Positions 9,918 through 18,911 of a stretch of 64,000 nucleotides of DNA are shown piece by piece. The stretch spans positions 20,956 through 84,955 of the IMG/VR virus record IMGVR_UViG_3300040802_000094. One strand, written 5' to 3'. Each line of letters begins with the position of its first letter. Within the stretch, counting starts at the first letter, position 1. A program made the translations under genes and the position numbers. The DNA comes from a virus. Below the pieces are notes generated by a model, which had not been told where the DNA came from, did no database searches, and saw only the letters and a list, made by a program, of their open reading frames with translations.

Positions 9918-11570
9918 ATGAGCGACATTCAAGAGTCAATTAATTTCGCGATCGCTGGAGGATCTCTCAGTCTGATCGGGGATTACAACCCGACGTTTTC
10001 TCGTCCGTCGGCAATTTTCATGGAGTTGGAGGTTGGGGCGGACACGTCATTTCTTCCAGTCCGTTCCGGAGAGCCTGCCGTCTACGACGACGGCTCGGTA
10101 CTGATCGAGCCGGAATCAAAAAATTTCTTACCTTGGAATATCGGACTGGAGCGCCCCAATTGGTACAAGGGGAGCAATATTATCGTCCGCGCCAACCTCA
10201 GCAACGACAGCACTTCCCGGAGGGAGGGCGATCGCATTGCCGCCCTTTCTCCGAGCTATCCGCCTTCGACCCCAGAAGAAAGAGCGCAGCAGTCGATCCG
10301 GCAAGAGATAGATCTTACGGCAGGGGTTTATACGATTTATGCCTCCCTTAGCTTGAAGAATGGGATGTTCGGTGTGGCGGACGCTCTACGCTTGGTTGCG
10401 GGAGAGCGGGTTCTCGGTTCCGTTCAGTTGAACGAATTGAACGACTACCTGGACAAAAATCGGATTGTCGAATTCCAGGCCGAGGTGTCGGAAGCCGATT
10501 CGGGACTGTACTTGGAACTGTATATCGAGAATGCAGTGACGCTCCACTGGCGAGGCGCGCAAGTTGAGAACAAGCCTTTCCGGTCTTCCTTGATTTACCA
10601 GCACGTCACTCCGGAGACGCGATCGCCGACGGTCCTTCGCTACAACCGCAACCCGATTTCCGGCCTCAATACTTTTGGACTGTTTTGTCACCTCAAGTAT
10701 TGGAGGGGCGACGGCAATATTGCCAAATTTGGCAATCTTCACGCTTACATTGAGGGCGATTACTTAAAAGTAAAGGCCGGATCTTTGACGATCGAGTGTC
10801 CGGAGATCTTGCCGAAAAAGGATCTCCGTTTTTTCGTTCAAGTATCGTCGGAAGCGCAAACGATCGCCCTGTACCTGAACGAAACACTCGTGGCAAAAGG
10901 GGCAATCCAGGGGTTCCGTCCCAGCCAGGATTCGGTAATCTTTGATTCGGAAGGGGTGCGCTGCCTGTCTTCCTGCTTCACGACGACTCGATTGATGAGT
11001 GACGGGCAAATCGCGATCGGCGAAGTTGCCTTGGAAGACGTCAAAAACCTATTCATTCCCGACATTATCTCGTTCGAGCTGATGTCGGTTCAGTCCTCGA
11101 TGCTGCTCCTGAATCCGATAACGATTCCGGCTGCCGCGACCGATCCGGACGTCGATCTCTTGATCCCCGGGTATGCGAGCGTTCGCCTGCCCTTTATCGC
11201 CAGCGACGCCCAGCCGATTCTCGACATTTTACCGGACGACAAAGTCAGAATTTCTTCGACTTTGAGTTTTGAGGTAGGGATGGCGATCGTTACGTCGCCA
11301 TCGTTTTCGATCGAGGTAGAGGTGGTCGAAAACGACAGGCTGTCCAACGTCCTGACGCTTTCCTCTGCAGCATTTTTGAATGTCGGCGACACGATCGCCC
11401 AAGCAAAAGCCCAGACGGAAGTAGAGGTCGATCCTCAAAATTACTACGTAGATCTGCTCGCTAGCGCCCCTGGAGTCAAGATTGCGCAAAAGTATATCAA
11501 CGGCTTCATTCTCTCGAATCAAAATACCGAACCCAAGACCGTTTCCCCTTCAATTTATATCAAGCACTAG
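9918..11570 (+). CDS. Putative tail fibre/spike protein with a LamG/concanavalin-like region
   Basis: GSVLIEPESKN resembles the 'GLLIE...TN' phage fibre motif; 'W.GAQVE...SSLI' motif; beta-rich 'IALYLNETLVA' segment. Confidence 0.6.
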   Translation: MSDIQESINFAIAGGSLSLIGDYNPTFSRPSAIFMELEVGADTSFLPVRSGEPAVYDDGSVLIEPESKNFLPWNIGLERPNWYKGSNIIVRANLSNDSTSRREGDRIAALSPSYPPSTPEERAQQSIRQEIDLTAGVYTIYASLSLKNGMFGVADALRLVAGERVLGSVQLNELNDYLDKNRIVEFQAEVSEADSGLYLELYIENAVTLHWRGAQVENKPFRSSLIYQHVTPETRSPTVLRYNRNPISGLNTFGLFCHLKYWRGDGNIAKFGNLHAYIEGDYLKVKAGSLTIECPEILPKKDLRFFVQVSSEAQTIALYLNETLVAKGAIQGFRPSQDSVIFDSEGVRCLSSCFTTTRLMSDGQIAIGEVALEDVKNLFIPDIISFELMSVQSSMLLLNPITIPAAATDPDVDLLIPGYASVRLPFIASDAQPILDILPDDKVRISSTLSFEVGMAIVTSPSFSIEVEVVENDRLSNVLTLSSAAFLNVGDTIAQAKAQTEVEVDPQNYYVDLLASAPGVKIAQKYINGFILSNQNTEPKTVSPSIYIKH

Positions 11571-11579
11571 GAGGTCGAG

Positions 11580-11999
11580 ATGCCCGATCAGAATCTAGAT
11601 CTGTATCCGGAGGACTTTCCAGATACTCTCAATACGGATTTAACAGTAGAACAAACCTTAATCCTCCACGCTTGGAGGATCCGTCGGCTGCAATCCTTTC
11701 GGATCCAGGGAGGGGCGATCGAGCTGTCTGCGTTGATCTCCGGACAGAACTTGAACGTCTATACCTCGAACGAGAGGCTCCCCTCCCTCCCCCAGATGAT
11801 TTCTGAAAATAACATCCTCGCGGGGGAGGAGGGCGATCGCCTCCTTCAGGAAAAAAGATACCTCTCCTTGCAGGAGAGCCAAGTAGGGACGGCAACTACC
11901 ATTTTGGAGATGCAGTCCACGATCGCCCAGATGAGTCAAGAGATTTCGGATCTGCGGACGTTGATTTACGAAATCACGGGTTCCGCCATCGATAACTAA
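11580..11999 (+). CDS. Hypothetical protein with C-terminal coiled coil
   Basis: GGAGG RBS; in operon. Confidence 0.7.
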   Translation: MPDQNLDLYPEDFPDTLNTDLTVEQTLILHAWRIRRLQSFRIQGGAIELSALISGQNLNVYTSNERLPSLPQMISENNILAGEEGDRLLQEKRYLSLQESQVGTATTILEMQSTIAQMSQEISDLRTLIYEITGSAIDN

Positions 12000-12015
12000 A
12001 GGATGCTGCGCCACC

Positions 12016-12231
12016 ATGGCACTAGAACAAAAAATTACAGAGTTGATCTCGGCGACCAGCCATCTTGTCGCCGACGGCAAGAAAAATCAAGAAGCGGCGA
12101 TGTCTAGCGCTCAAAAAGCACTGGCACAAATCACCGCACTGGAACGTAGAGTCAAGGCGATCGAGGAGGCGATCGACAAAGCCAAAACGATGGAAGAGTT
12201 GAAGCGAATGGTAGAAAAAGGAGGCGCGTAA
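12016..12231 (+). CDS. Small coiled-coil protein
   Basis: 71 aa with heptad pattern; directly upstream of the endolysin candidate. Confidence 0.65.
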   Translation: MALEQKITELISATSHLVADGKKNQEAAMSSAQKALAQITALERRVKAIEEAIDKAKTMEELKRMVEKGGA

Positions 12232-12234
12232 TCG

Positions 12235-13002
12235 ATGGGTATCTTTGTCGAACCCCTGCCGAAATCTCACTGTCTCTTCAAGAAAAGGCCGTTATCGAGC
12301 GTGTCGATTCCCGGGGAGACGGTAAGAATTGAGGAAAAGGTGGAAATCTCCGAGTACTCCCTTCCTCCCGAGCGAAAGCACATTCGTGTCCGATGGAAAA
12401 ATCTCGATTGGTTCGTTTTTGCCGAACATTGTCAGATCTTCGACGGAGGCAAAAAGGTTTGGCCGGAAGAGGTTCCGAGTAAGGTTTGCCTGGATCTCCC
12501 TTATTTGTCTCAGCTCGACAATTACGAAAATCCGACGGGTTCGTGCAACGTCACGAGCATGGCGATGTGCTTCCGCTACTTTGGGGTCGAGAGAGACCCG
12601 AATTATTCGAGATTTTCTCAGCTCGAAGACGAACTTTATAACGTGATGCTCGATTGCGGGCGATCGCGGCATTCGCCCCAAGATCTCAAGTGGCTTGCCG
12701 AGCGTTACGGCATCGACGATCGCTTTACGGTGAAGGCCACCCTCCAAGAAGTAAAAACCTGGCTGGCAAATGGAAACCCCGTCGTCGTCCACGGCTACTT
12801 TACGAGCTTCGGCCATATTATTGCCATCAAGGGGTATGACGACGTCCTCCAATCCTTCGTCGTCAACGATCCGTATGGCGAGTATTTCGATTCGGGATAC
12901 CGCACGGATCTCACTGGGGAATCTCTCAATTATTCGTACGATCTAATCCGAAGAACGTGCATGGATGACGGAGATTTCTGGGTTCATTTTTTATCCAAAT
13001 AG
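12235..13002 (+). CDS. C39-like (papain-fold) peptidase, probable endolysin
   Basis: LPYLSQLDN...GSCNVTSMAMC, HGYFTSFGHIIAIKGYD, VNDPYGE (Q/C/H/D catalytic set of Peptidase_C39_2). Lysis role inferred from phage context. Confidence 0.85.
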   Translation: MGIFVEPLPKSHCLFKKRPLSSVSIPGETVRIEEKVEISEYSLPPERKHIRVRWKNLDWFVFAEHCQIFDGGKKVWPEEVPSKVCLDLPYLSQLDNYENPTGSCNVTSMAMCFRYFGVERDPNYSRFSQLEDELYNVMLDCGRSRHSPQDLKWLAERYGIDDRFTVKATLQEVKTWLANGNPVVVHGYFTSFGHIIAIKGYDDVLQSFVVNDPYGEYFDSGYRTDLTGESLNYSYDLIRRTCMDDGDFWVHFLSK

Positions 13003-13031
13003 AATAATTACGATCGCAGAAAGGGTGCGAG

Positions 13032-15458
13032 ATGTTTCGACTGAAGTCTAATTTACATAATTCGAGATTCAGGCGATGGTTTCCCACCGTCTTTCGGTTG
13101 ATAGACGCGATCGACTACTGGCACTGGTGGCATTTTCGTCACGTCGAAGACATTAGGGCGGGGCTAGATACGGTTCCCGCCGTATTTGTTCTGTGGAGCA
13201 AAAACGAGGGCGTTCGACAATTAAATAACGAATACCTCGCCTCTTTTTCGGAAGAGTGGGGAACTCAGTTCTCCGAGTTATTTGATATCTCGGAACAAAT
13301 TCAGCAGTTTCGAGACTCGCCTCGCCAGGAAATTGTTTACGACGTTTCCTTTCCGATGAACGATGGCAAGTCAAAAGTCGATTATATTTTCTTCTTCCGG
13401 AAGTACGATCGCGGCAACAAGATCATTGCGGTAGGACTCGATATTTCCGATCAAAAAGTTGTCGAGCGGGAGCTTAAGAATGCCTATTCCCAGCAAAAAA
13501 CAATCCAAATTATTTTAAATCGCATCCGAACGTCTTTAGAGATAGAAGAAACGCTGCAGCTTGCCTGCGAAGAGGTTCGCAAGGAGTTGAGCTGCAGTCG
13601 CGTAGTGATCTATCAGTTCAACTCCAGTTATTCGGAGGGATGGGTATGTTCGGAATCGATCGACGACAAAATTGGCTCGATTCGCGGGAGGGATTTGGAA
13701 GACCCTTGTTTTAACAAGGTTGCCAAAGAATATATTCGGAAAGGCTTTGCCGTATGCAGCGACGTTCGGAATACGCAAAGTTGCTACAAAGAAATGCTGC
13801 TCGGACTCAACGCCAAGTCCAGTCTCACGGTGCCGATCATGGAGGAAGACAAGTTGTGGGGGCTGATGGCGTGCCACCAACAAGAGCCGTTCTATTGGGA
13901 CGAAAGGGCGATCGTTTTAGTTAGGGAAGTTTGTCGCCAGCTTCAAATTGCGGTACAGCAGCACAAGCTTTACGAACAATTGCGCTTGCGCGAGCAACAA
14001 CTCAAGGTAGATCTGCAGCGAGAGCAGCTTTTACTGGAAGACGGCTTGGTTGGAGTTTTGAGATTGAAGTGGAATAAATCTCAAGATTTCACGATCGGCT
14101 ACGTTCAAAATTCAGAGCAGTTTTTTCGCAGCTCTTCGAGCGCGATGTCCGGAAAGAATTTCTTGGACTTTATTCACCCCCAAGACCGAGATACTTTCCT
14201 CGCGGTTTGCGAGGCGATCGTTTCCGGGACGACGGGAAATGACGATATTTTTTACCGAGTTGTCGATGCGAACAGGCAAATAAAATGGGTTTATAACTTC
14301 GTTCGTGTCGCCAGAGCGCACGAAGCGGAAATTGAGATCGACGGCTACATCGTTGACGTGACGAGCTACAGGCAGGCCGAAGAACGGGCGAAACTACTCG
14401 TAAGCTCTTTACCCGTATTCATTTTCGCGATCGACAAAGAGAATCGATTCGCCCTTTGCGAAGGAAGGAATATCCGGGGAATCCCTTCTCAAATCGTCGG
14501 GCAAAACGTGATTGAGGTTTACGCCAATCTCAACTGCTTTGAGGTTGGCGAGGCGATCGAAGCGGCTAGGGCGGGAGATCCCCTCAAAAAGACCTTCAAC
14601 TTGAACGGTCAGTTTTATCGCCATTACTTTACGCGATCGGAAAACGAAGAATCCGTCTTGGGAGTCGCTTTCGACGTGACGGACTTGACGATCGCCCAGC
14701 TCGCCCTAGAGAAAGCGAGTCAAGAAATGGAGGCATTCTTGCATTTCACGTCTCACGACTTGCAGGCTCCCTTGCGAACCGTATCGAATTACCACAAGCT
14801 ATTTCTACGTCACCTTCAAAAGCAATACTCGCTGACGCCGGAGGCCGACCCCGTACTTTCGAGTCACACCGAAAAAATCCAAGCATCCCTGGAGCGGGAA
14901 CGTCGGTTGATCGAGGATCTCCTGGCTTTTTCGAGAATCAACCGGGTCGAGTCCGACATCGAACTTCTCGATCTGAACGAAATTTTAAACTCCGTAAAAG
15001 CCGTCCTCGCCGATCGCATTACCGAAAATAGAGCCACAATCTTTTGCAGGCAAACCCTGCCGACGCTGTGGGGCGATCGCACTCAAATCGAGTCGGTATT
15101 CCAAAACCTGTTAAGCAATGCGATTAAATTCCAAAGGCCGGATCTAGACCCCGAAATACGAATCGAATGCGAAGAAAGGCTTCTCGACGGGGAGCGCGCG
15201 TGGTACTTCCGGTGGATCGACAACGGTATCGGCATCGCCCCCTTGGACGGCAGCAAAACCTTCGAGGAAGCGGCGGAAGCTATCTTTTCCCCGTTCAAAA
15301 AAATGCATTCTTCCTCCTATTCTGGGACGGGGATAGGGCTTGCCGTCGTCAAAGCCGTCATCGAAAAACACCGAGGTAAGGTGTGGGCTTCGGAGAACCC
15401 TTCGGGGGGGACCATTTTTCACCTGCATCTCCCAGAAGGAAAGGGGAGGGAGGTATGA
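13032..15458 (+). CDS. Sensor histidine kinase with DXCF cyanobacteriochrome GAF, PAS domains, HisKA and HATPase
   Basis: IRTSLEIEETLQ...RVVIYQF...ES...LEDPCF...SCYKEML...SLTVPI...LWGLMACHQ...W (CBCR GAF); FIHPQDR (PAS); SHDLQAPLRTV (H-box); NLLSNAIKF, DNGIGI, GTGIGLAVVK (N, G1, G2 boxes). Confidence 0.93.
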   Translation: MFRLKSNLHNSRFRRWFPTVFRLIDAIDYWHWWHFRHVEDIRAGLDTVPAVFVLWSKNEGVRQLNNEYLASFSEEWGTQFSELFDISEQIQQFRDSPRQEIVYDVSFPMNDGKSKVDYIFFFRKYDRGNKIIAVGLDISDQKVVERELKNAYSQQKTIQIILNRIRTSLEIEETLQLACEEVRKELSCSRVVIYQFNSSYSEGWVCSESIDDKIGSIRGRDLEDPCFNKVAKEYIRKGFAVCSDVRNTQSCYKEMLLGLNAKSSLTVPIMEEDKLWGLMACHQQEPFYWDERAIVLVREVCRQLQIAVQQHKLYEQLRLREQQLKVDLQREQLLLEDGLVGVLRLKWNKSQDFTIGYVQNSEQFFRSSSSAMSGKNFLDFIHPQDRDTFLAVCEAIVSGTTGNDDIFYRVVDANRQIKWVYNFVRVARAHEAEIEIDGYIVDVTSYRQAEERAKLLVSSLPVFIFAIDKENRFALCEGRNIRGIPSQIVGQNVIEVYANLNCFEVGEAIEAARAGDPLKKTFNLNGQFYRHYFTRSENEESVLGVAFDVTDLTIAQLALEKASQEMEAFLHFTSHDLQAPLRTVSNYHKLFLRHLQKQYSLTPEADPVLSSHTEKIQASLERERRLIEDLLAFSRINRVESDIELLDLNEILNSVKAVLADRITENRATIFCRQTLPTLWGDRTQIESVFQNLLSNAIKFQRPDLDPEIRIECEERLLDGERAWYFRWIDNGIGIAPLDGSKTFEEAAEAIFSPFKKMHSSSYSGTGIGLAVVKAVIEKHRGKVWASENPSGGTIFHLHLPEGKGREV

Positions 15459-15520
15459 CAAACATCCCGATTCCTCCGAGGAAACGCAGATTCGATCGCT
15501 AGTTACTTGAGAGTCTCTTT

Positions 15521-15931
15521 ATGCTCAAAATTCTTTACATAGAAGACTCGGAGGACGACTATGAATTCTTCAAAATTGCCTTTGAAGGAAAGGCGGATGT
15601 CGAGTGGGAGGAAAGTGCGAGGTTCGCCCTCGACTCGCTCAAGCAAAGGAGAGTCGCGGACTATCCTGACTTGATCTTTCTCGATTTAAATTTAATCGGC
15701 ATTTCCGGACTTGAGTTCTTAGAACTGCTTCCCCGAGAAGCCCCTTACGTCCTCGCCAAAGTGCCGATCGTTATTTTTACCTCAAGCGCGTATTATAACG
15801 ATATCGACATGGCTTACCTACATCGAGTCTCCAGCTATATCAGAAAACCCCTGGACATAGACGAACTTTGCGATTGCGCTGAAGTGGTCTGCCAGTTTTA
15901 CGGGCAAACCTGCATTCTTCCCACAAAATGA
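15521..15931 (+). CDS. Single-domain response regulator (Rcp1-like)
   Basis: ILYIEDSEDD, PDLIFLDLNL, IVIFTSS...DIDMAY, SSYIRKP; pattern typical of phytochrome-partner receivers. Confidence 0.92.
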   Translation: MLKILYIEDSEDDYEFFKIAFEGKADVEWEESARFALDSLKQRRVADYPDLIFLDLNLIGISGLEFLELLPREAPYVLAKVPIVIFTSSAYYNDIDMAYLHRVSSYIRKPLDIDELCDCAEVVCQFYGQTCILPTK

Positions 15932-16833
15932 CCAATACTGAATCCGTAATTCACCTTATCGAAGATTCGGACAGCGATGCCGACGTTGCCGAAATACTTT
16001 TGAATGAGGCGGGGTTTAGGGTGTTTCGATATCCGACGCTTTCAAAGGAACGACTGATCCGCAATATCGAAAAATATCCGGAGACGAAGCACATCGTTTT
16101 GTTGGACTTATTCGGAGTTTCCCCGGAGTCGCCAAAGGAAATCATTGAAAACGTTCAAGGATGTTTCCAGTCGCGCCAGGATGTCGATATCGAAATTGTC
16201 GTCCTTTCTGGCGGATCGAGTCCCGAACTTGTTCAGATGGTGAAGTCCCACGGGTTGCAGTTTCTGTCGAAAAATGAAGCCCTCGACCCCGACACCGACA
16301 CCTTGGCGGTCAACCTCAAGCAAATCCAACAAGATCGGGGAATTGAAAAAAGTATATGGATACTGGAATCGAAGCTAGATCAACTGCATTTGAGGCACCA
16401 GATGGCGGTCGATCGCTTCTCTCAGGAAATCGGCTCGATTCAAACCGCCTACCAGGAAGTTCACCGACTGGTGTATAGCTTGGAAGCAAGACAGAATCGC
16501 GACGAAAGCGATCGCCTCGCCGGAGGGCAAAATGTCGAACGACACCTCAAAGGACTGGAGGTCAAAATTCAGGAACGAATCGATCGCATCCAGGAAAATT
16601 CCGAAGCGACGAAGGTTTTACAGTACCTCGTCCCTCTCGCCGCTCAATTCCGGCATAACCAAATTGGAGAAGACGAATTCAGGGCGATGGCTCAAGCCAT
16701 TCGCTCGATCGTATTGATCAAAAAAAATCCCAAAAAGGCGATCGGGTTGGCCCTCCTGTTCCTGACACTAATGGCGAGCGCCCAGGATCGAATTGTCGCC
16801 CTCCTTCGTATGGTATTTGAGATTTTTAAGTAG
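15928..16833 (+). CDS. Receiver domain plus coiled coil plus C-terminal transmembrane segment
   Basis: IHLIEDSDSD, IVLLDL, IVVLSG, FLSK (REC residues retained); long coiled coil; KKNPKK-AIGLALLFLTLMASA; ATGA overlap with the previous gene. Confidence 0.8.
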   Translation: MTNTESVIHLIEDSDSDADVAEILLNEAGFRVFRYPTLSKERLIRNIEKYPETKHIVLLDLFGVSPESPKEIIENVQGCFQSRQDVDIEIVVLSGGSSPELVQMVKSHGLQFLSKNEALDPDTDTLAVNLKQIQQDRGIEKSIWILESKLDQLHLRHQMAVDRFSQEIGSIQTAYQEVHRLVYSLEARQNRDESDRLAGGQNVERHLKGLEVKIQERIDRIQENSEATKVLQYLVPLAAQFRHNQIGEDEFRAMAQAIRSIVLIKKNPKKAIGLALLFLTLMASAQDRIVALLRMVFEIFK

Positions 16834-17150
16834 ACTTAATTTTGGGGACTTGTACTGTCTGTCCGGAATGGAGATCCCAAATTGTCGTGCGGTTGTAAAG
16901 CAAAAATCGTTTGTAGCGATCGCCGGGAAATTTATTTTTCTTCAAAAAAAGTGGAAGGGGATCTCGATACGATCGCAATTCCGCCTCTCGGTAGCGGGGA
17001 AGCTTGAAGGGAGGACGTCGATTTAATCGCTCCCAGAAAGGGGTTGAGGGGTTGGCCATTTTGTCGAGCTATCGTGCTATCCTAAAATCTGAGCGATCGC
17101 TATTCGAGCCGAGAGCGATCGCTCTTCACAAAATAGTATTACAAAACCGT

Positions 17151-17185
17151 AAAGCGCGGGGACGTTGCAGTCCCCGCGCTTTTTT
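17151..17185 (+). terminator. Terminator-like hairpin directly before the head operon
   Basis: AAAGCGCGGGGAC-GTTGCA-GTCCCCGCGCTTTTTT, 14 nt before ATG 17200. Confidence 0.65.
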
Positions 17186-17199
17186 GTTTGGAGCGAGTT

Positions 17200-18906
17200 A
17201 TGTCCGATCAATTCATCGAAGCCATCGGCAAAACCCTCAGCCAGAAAAATGTTTCGCGACTCAAGGAAATTTGGTCGTCGCTTACTGAGCTGCTGGCGAG
17301 TACGGGAAACCTCGAAATAGAAGATCTACCAAAAACTTTAATCGACCCGCAATCTCAATACGACCTTCACAATATGGAAGGAGAGATTGCCGCTTCCGGG
17401 CGAAAAGGTATTGATGTCGGCGCGCAACTCGAATGTACGGCGTGGGCTGCAAAAGTCAACAGGCTCGCCGACATTTTCGCTCTTTTGTTGCGTACTTATC
17501 CTAGGGTATTCAAATACGAACAAGAGGGTGAAGCCGAATTCGAGCCTCCCGAAGAACGGCTCAGCCGACTGCTGAAGGAGATAACGGACGCCGCTTTTTT
17601 GCTTTGTAAGGAAAAACCAGACACCCGCTCAAATGCGGATATTTATGCGAGTTCGGGAGAGGGAGAAAAAGAAGACTTCGGCGATCCTTCAATATCCAAG
17701 GCCGAAGGGGAAACGGAGTCCGAAAGTACTTCGGATGTCGAGACCGAAACCTTGATGGCAAGAGATCTCGCGGAAGCCGAAGGCGAGGTTCGCGAAGTTT
17801 TCAATATTGAAATTGCCGCGCGAGCGATGCCGACCGCCAAGAAGGCCGCCAACGAAAGGCCGATCGACGGAATCCTCTTCCAGGTCGATCGGCCCAGCGA
17901 GGCAATTCCGGAAGTGGGGCCCGGCTTGCCCCTGTTGATTCCGAAAGAGGTCGCCCTGGCGGCGATCGCGGACATCACCCCCGGGAAACCAAAACCCTTG
18001 GACGCGCACGACACCTTCGCCCGCCATTCCAACCGAGATATTGTCGGCGCCATGACCAGCGCCTACCTCGAAGGAGACGACCTCGTCGTCCAGGGAGTCC
18101 TTTGGGATTACAACCAGCCGGACAAGATTCAGGCGATCGGCCAGGAGACACAGCGTCTCGGCATGTCCGTCAATGCGACAGCCGACGGACATGTCGCCGA
18201 GTGGGGCGGAACGAAAGTCTGGCAGGTAGATCGCCTGCAGATCTTGGGTGCAAACATCTTGTTTTCGGATAAAGCGACTTTCAAGCGGACGCGGATTATT
18301 CGCGCGATCTCGAAATCTTCTTTGGGGGATTTCGAGCAGCCGATCGCGGCGCGGGCGGAAGATTCGCCGGACTCGGAAGACCTGCCTTTAAACAAAACCT
18401 TCGACCCAGAAGAGGACACCATGAGTAACGAAGCAATTTCACAGCAAATACAAGTGATCGCAAGCTCAGTCAAGGAAGTTCAGACGATCTTCGCCCAGGA
18501 ACTGGAAGCGTTGCAGGAAGCCGTCCGAGACCTGAGTACGCAAGTCTCGGATATCCAGTACGAACGGGAGCAAAGTCAGAGTTCGATCCAGGCTGCCGCG
18601 CAAGAAGAAGCCAAGCAGAAAGAAAGAGAGGATTTGCTGGCATCGATCGCCGAAGTCGTTGACGCAAAACTGGCGAATCTTCCCGGTCCTCGGCGAGCGG
18701 GCTACAGCATTCCACTTGCCGCGTCGAGTCCGCCTTCGGCAACGGCTGGCGATCGGAAAATGGAAATCCAACTGCAATTGAGCAAGTTAAACGGACAGAT
18801 TGAGGTAATGCAGCGAGATCCCAATATGTCCGGCTCTCCAGAAATCATTTCGTTGATCGACAACCGTCGCCAGCTCGTCGCCCAACTAGAATCCTTCGCC
18901 AACTAA
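17200..18906 (+). CDS. Prohead protease/scaffold fusion protein
   Basis: Central protease-like core (FARH...IVGAMTSAYLEGDDLVVQGVLW...LGMSV...ILGANIL), acidic linker, C-terminal coiled coil; lies immediately upstream of the MCP. Confidence 0.75.
   Translation: MSDQFIEAIGKTLSQKNVSRLKEIWSSLTELLASTGNLEIEDLPKTLIDPQSQYDLHNMEGEIAASGRKGIDVGAQLECTAWAAKVNRLADIFALLLRTYPRVFKYEQEGEAEFEPPEERLSRLLKEITDAAFLLCKEKPDTRSNADIYASSGEGEKEDFGDPSISKAEGETESESTSDVETETLMARDLAEAEGEVREVFNIEIAARAMPTAKKAANERPIDGILFQVDRPSEAIPEVGPGLPLLIPKEVALAAIADITPGKPKPLDAHDTFARHSNRDIVGAMTSAYLEGDDLVVQGVLWDYNQPDKIQAIGQETQRLGMSVNATADGHVAEWGGTKVWQVDRLQILGANILFSDKATFKRTRIIRAISKSSLGDFEQPIAARAEDSPDSEDLPLNKTFDPEEDTMSNEAISQQIQVIASSVKEVQTIFAQELEALQEAVRDLSTQVSDIQYEREQSQSSIQAAAQEEAKQKEREDLLASIAEVVDAKLANLPGPRRAGYSIPLAASSPPSATAGDRKMEIQLQLSKLNGQIEVMQRDPNMSGSPEIISLIDNRRQLVAQLESFAN
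18421..18906 (+). CDS. Probable nested in-frame scaffold protein (internal start)
   Basis: AGAGGA-CACC-ATG in frame at the start of the coiled-coil region; same arrangement as lambda C/Nu3. Confidence 0.5.
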   Translation: MSNEAISQQIQVIASSVKEVQTIFAQELEALQEAVRDLSTQVSDIQYEREQSQSSIQAAAQEEAKQKEREDLLASIAEVVDAKLANLPGPRRAGYSIPLAASSPPSATAGDRKMEIQLQLSKLNGQIEVMQRDPNMSGSPEIISLIDNRRQLVAQLESFAN

Positions 18907-18911
18907 GAACT

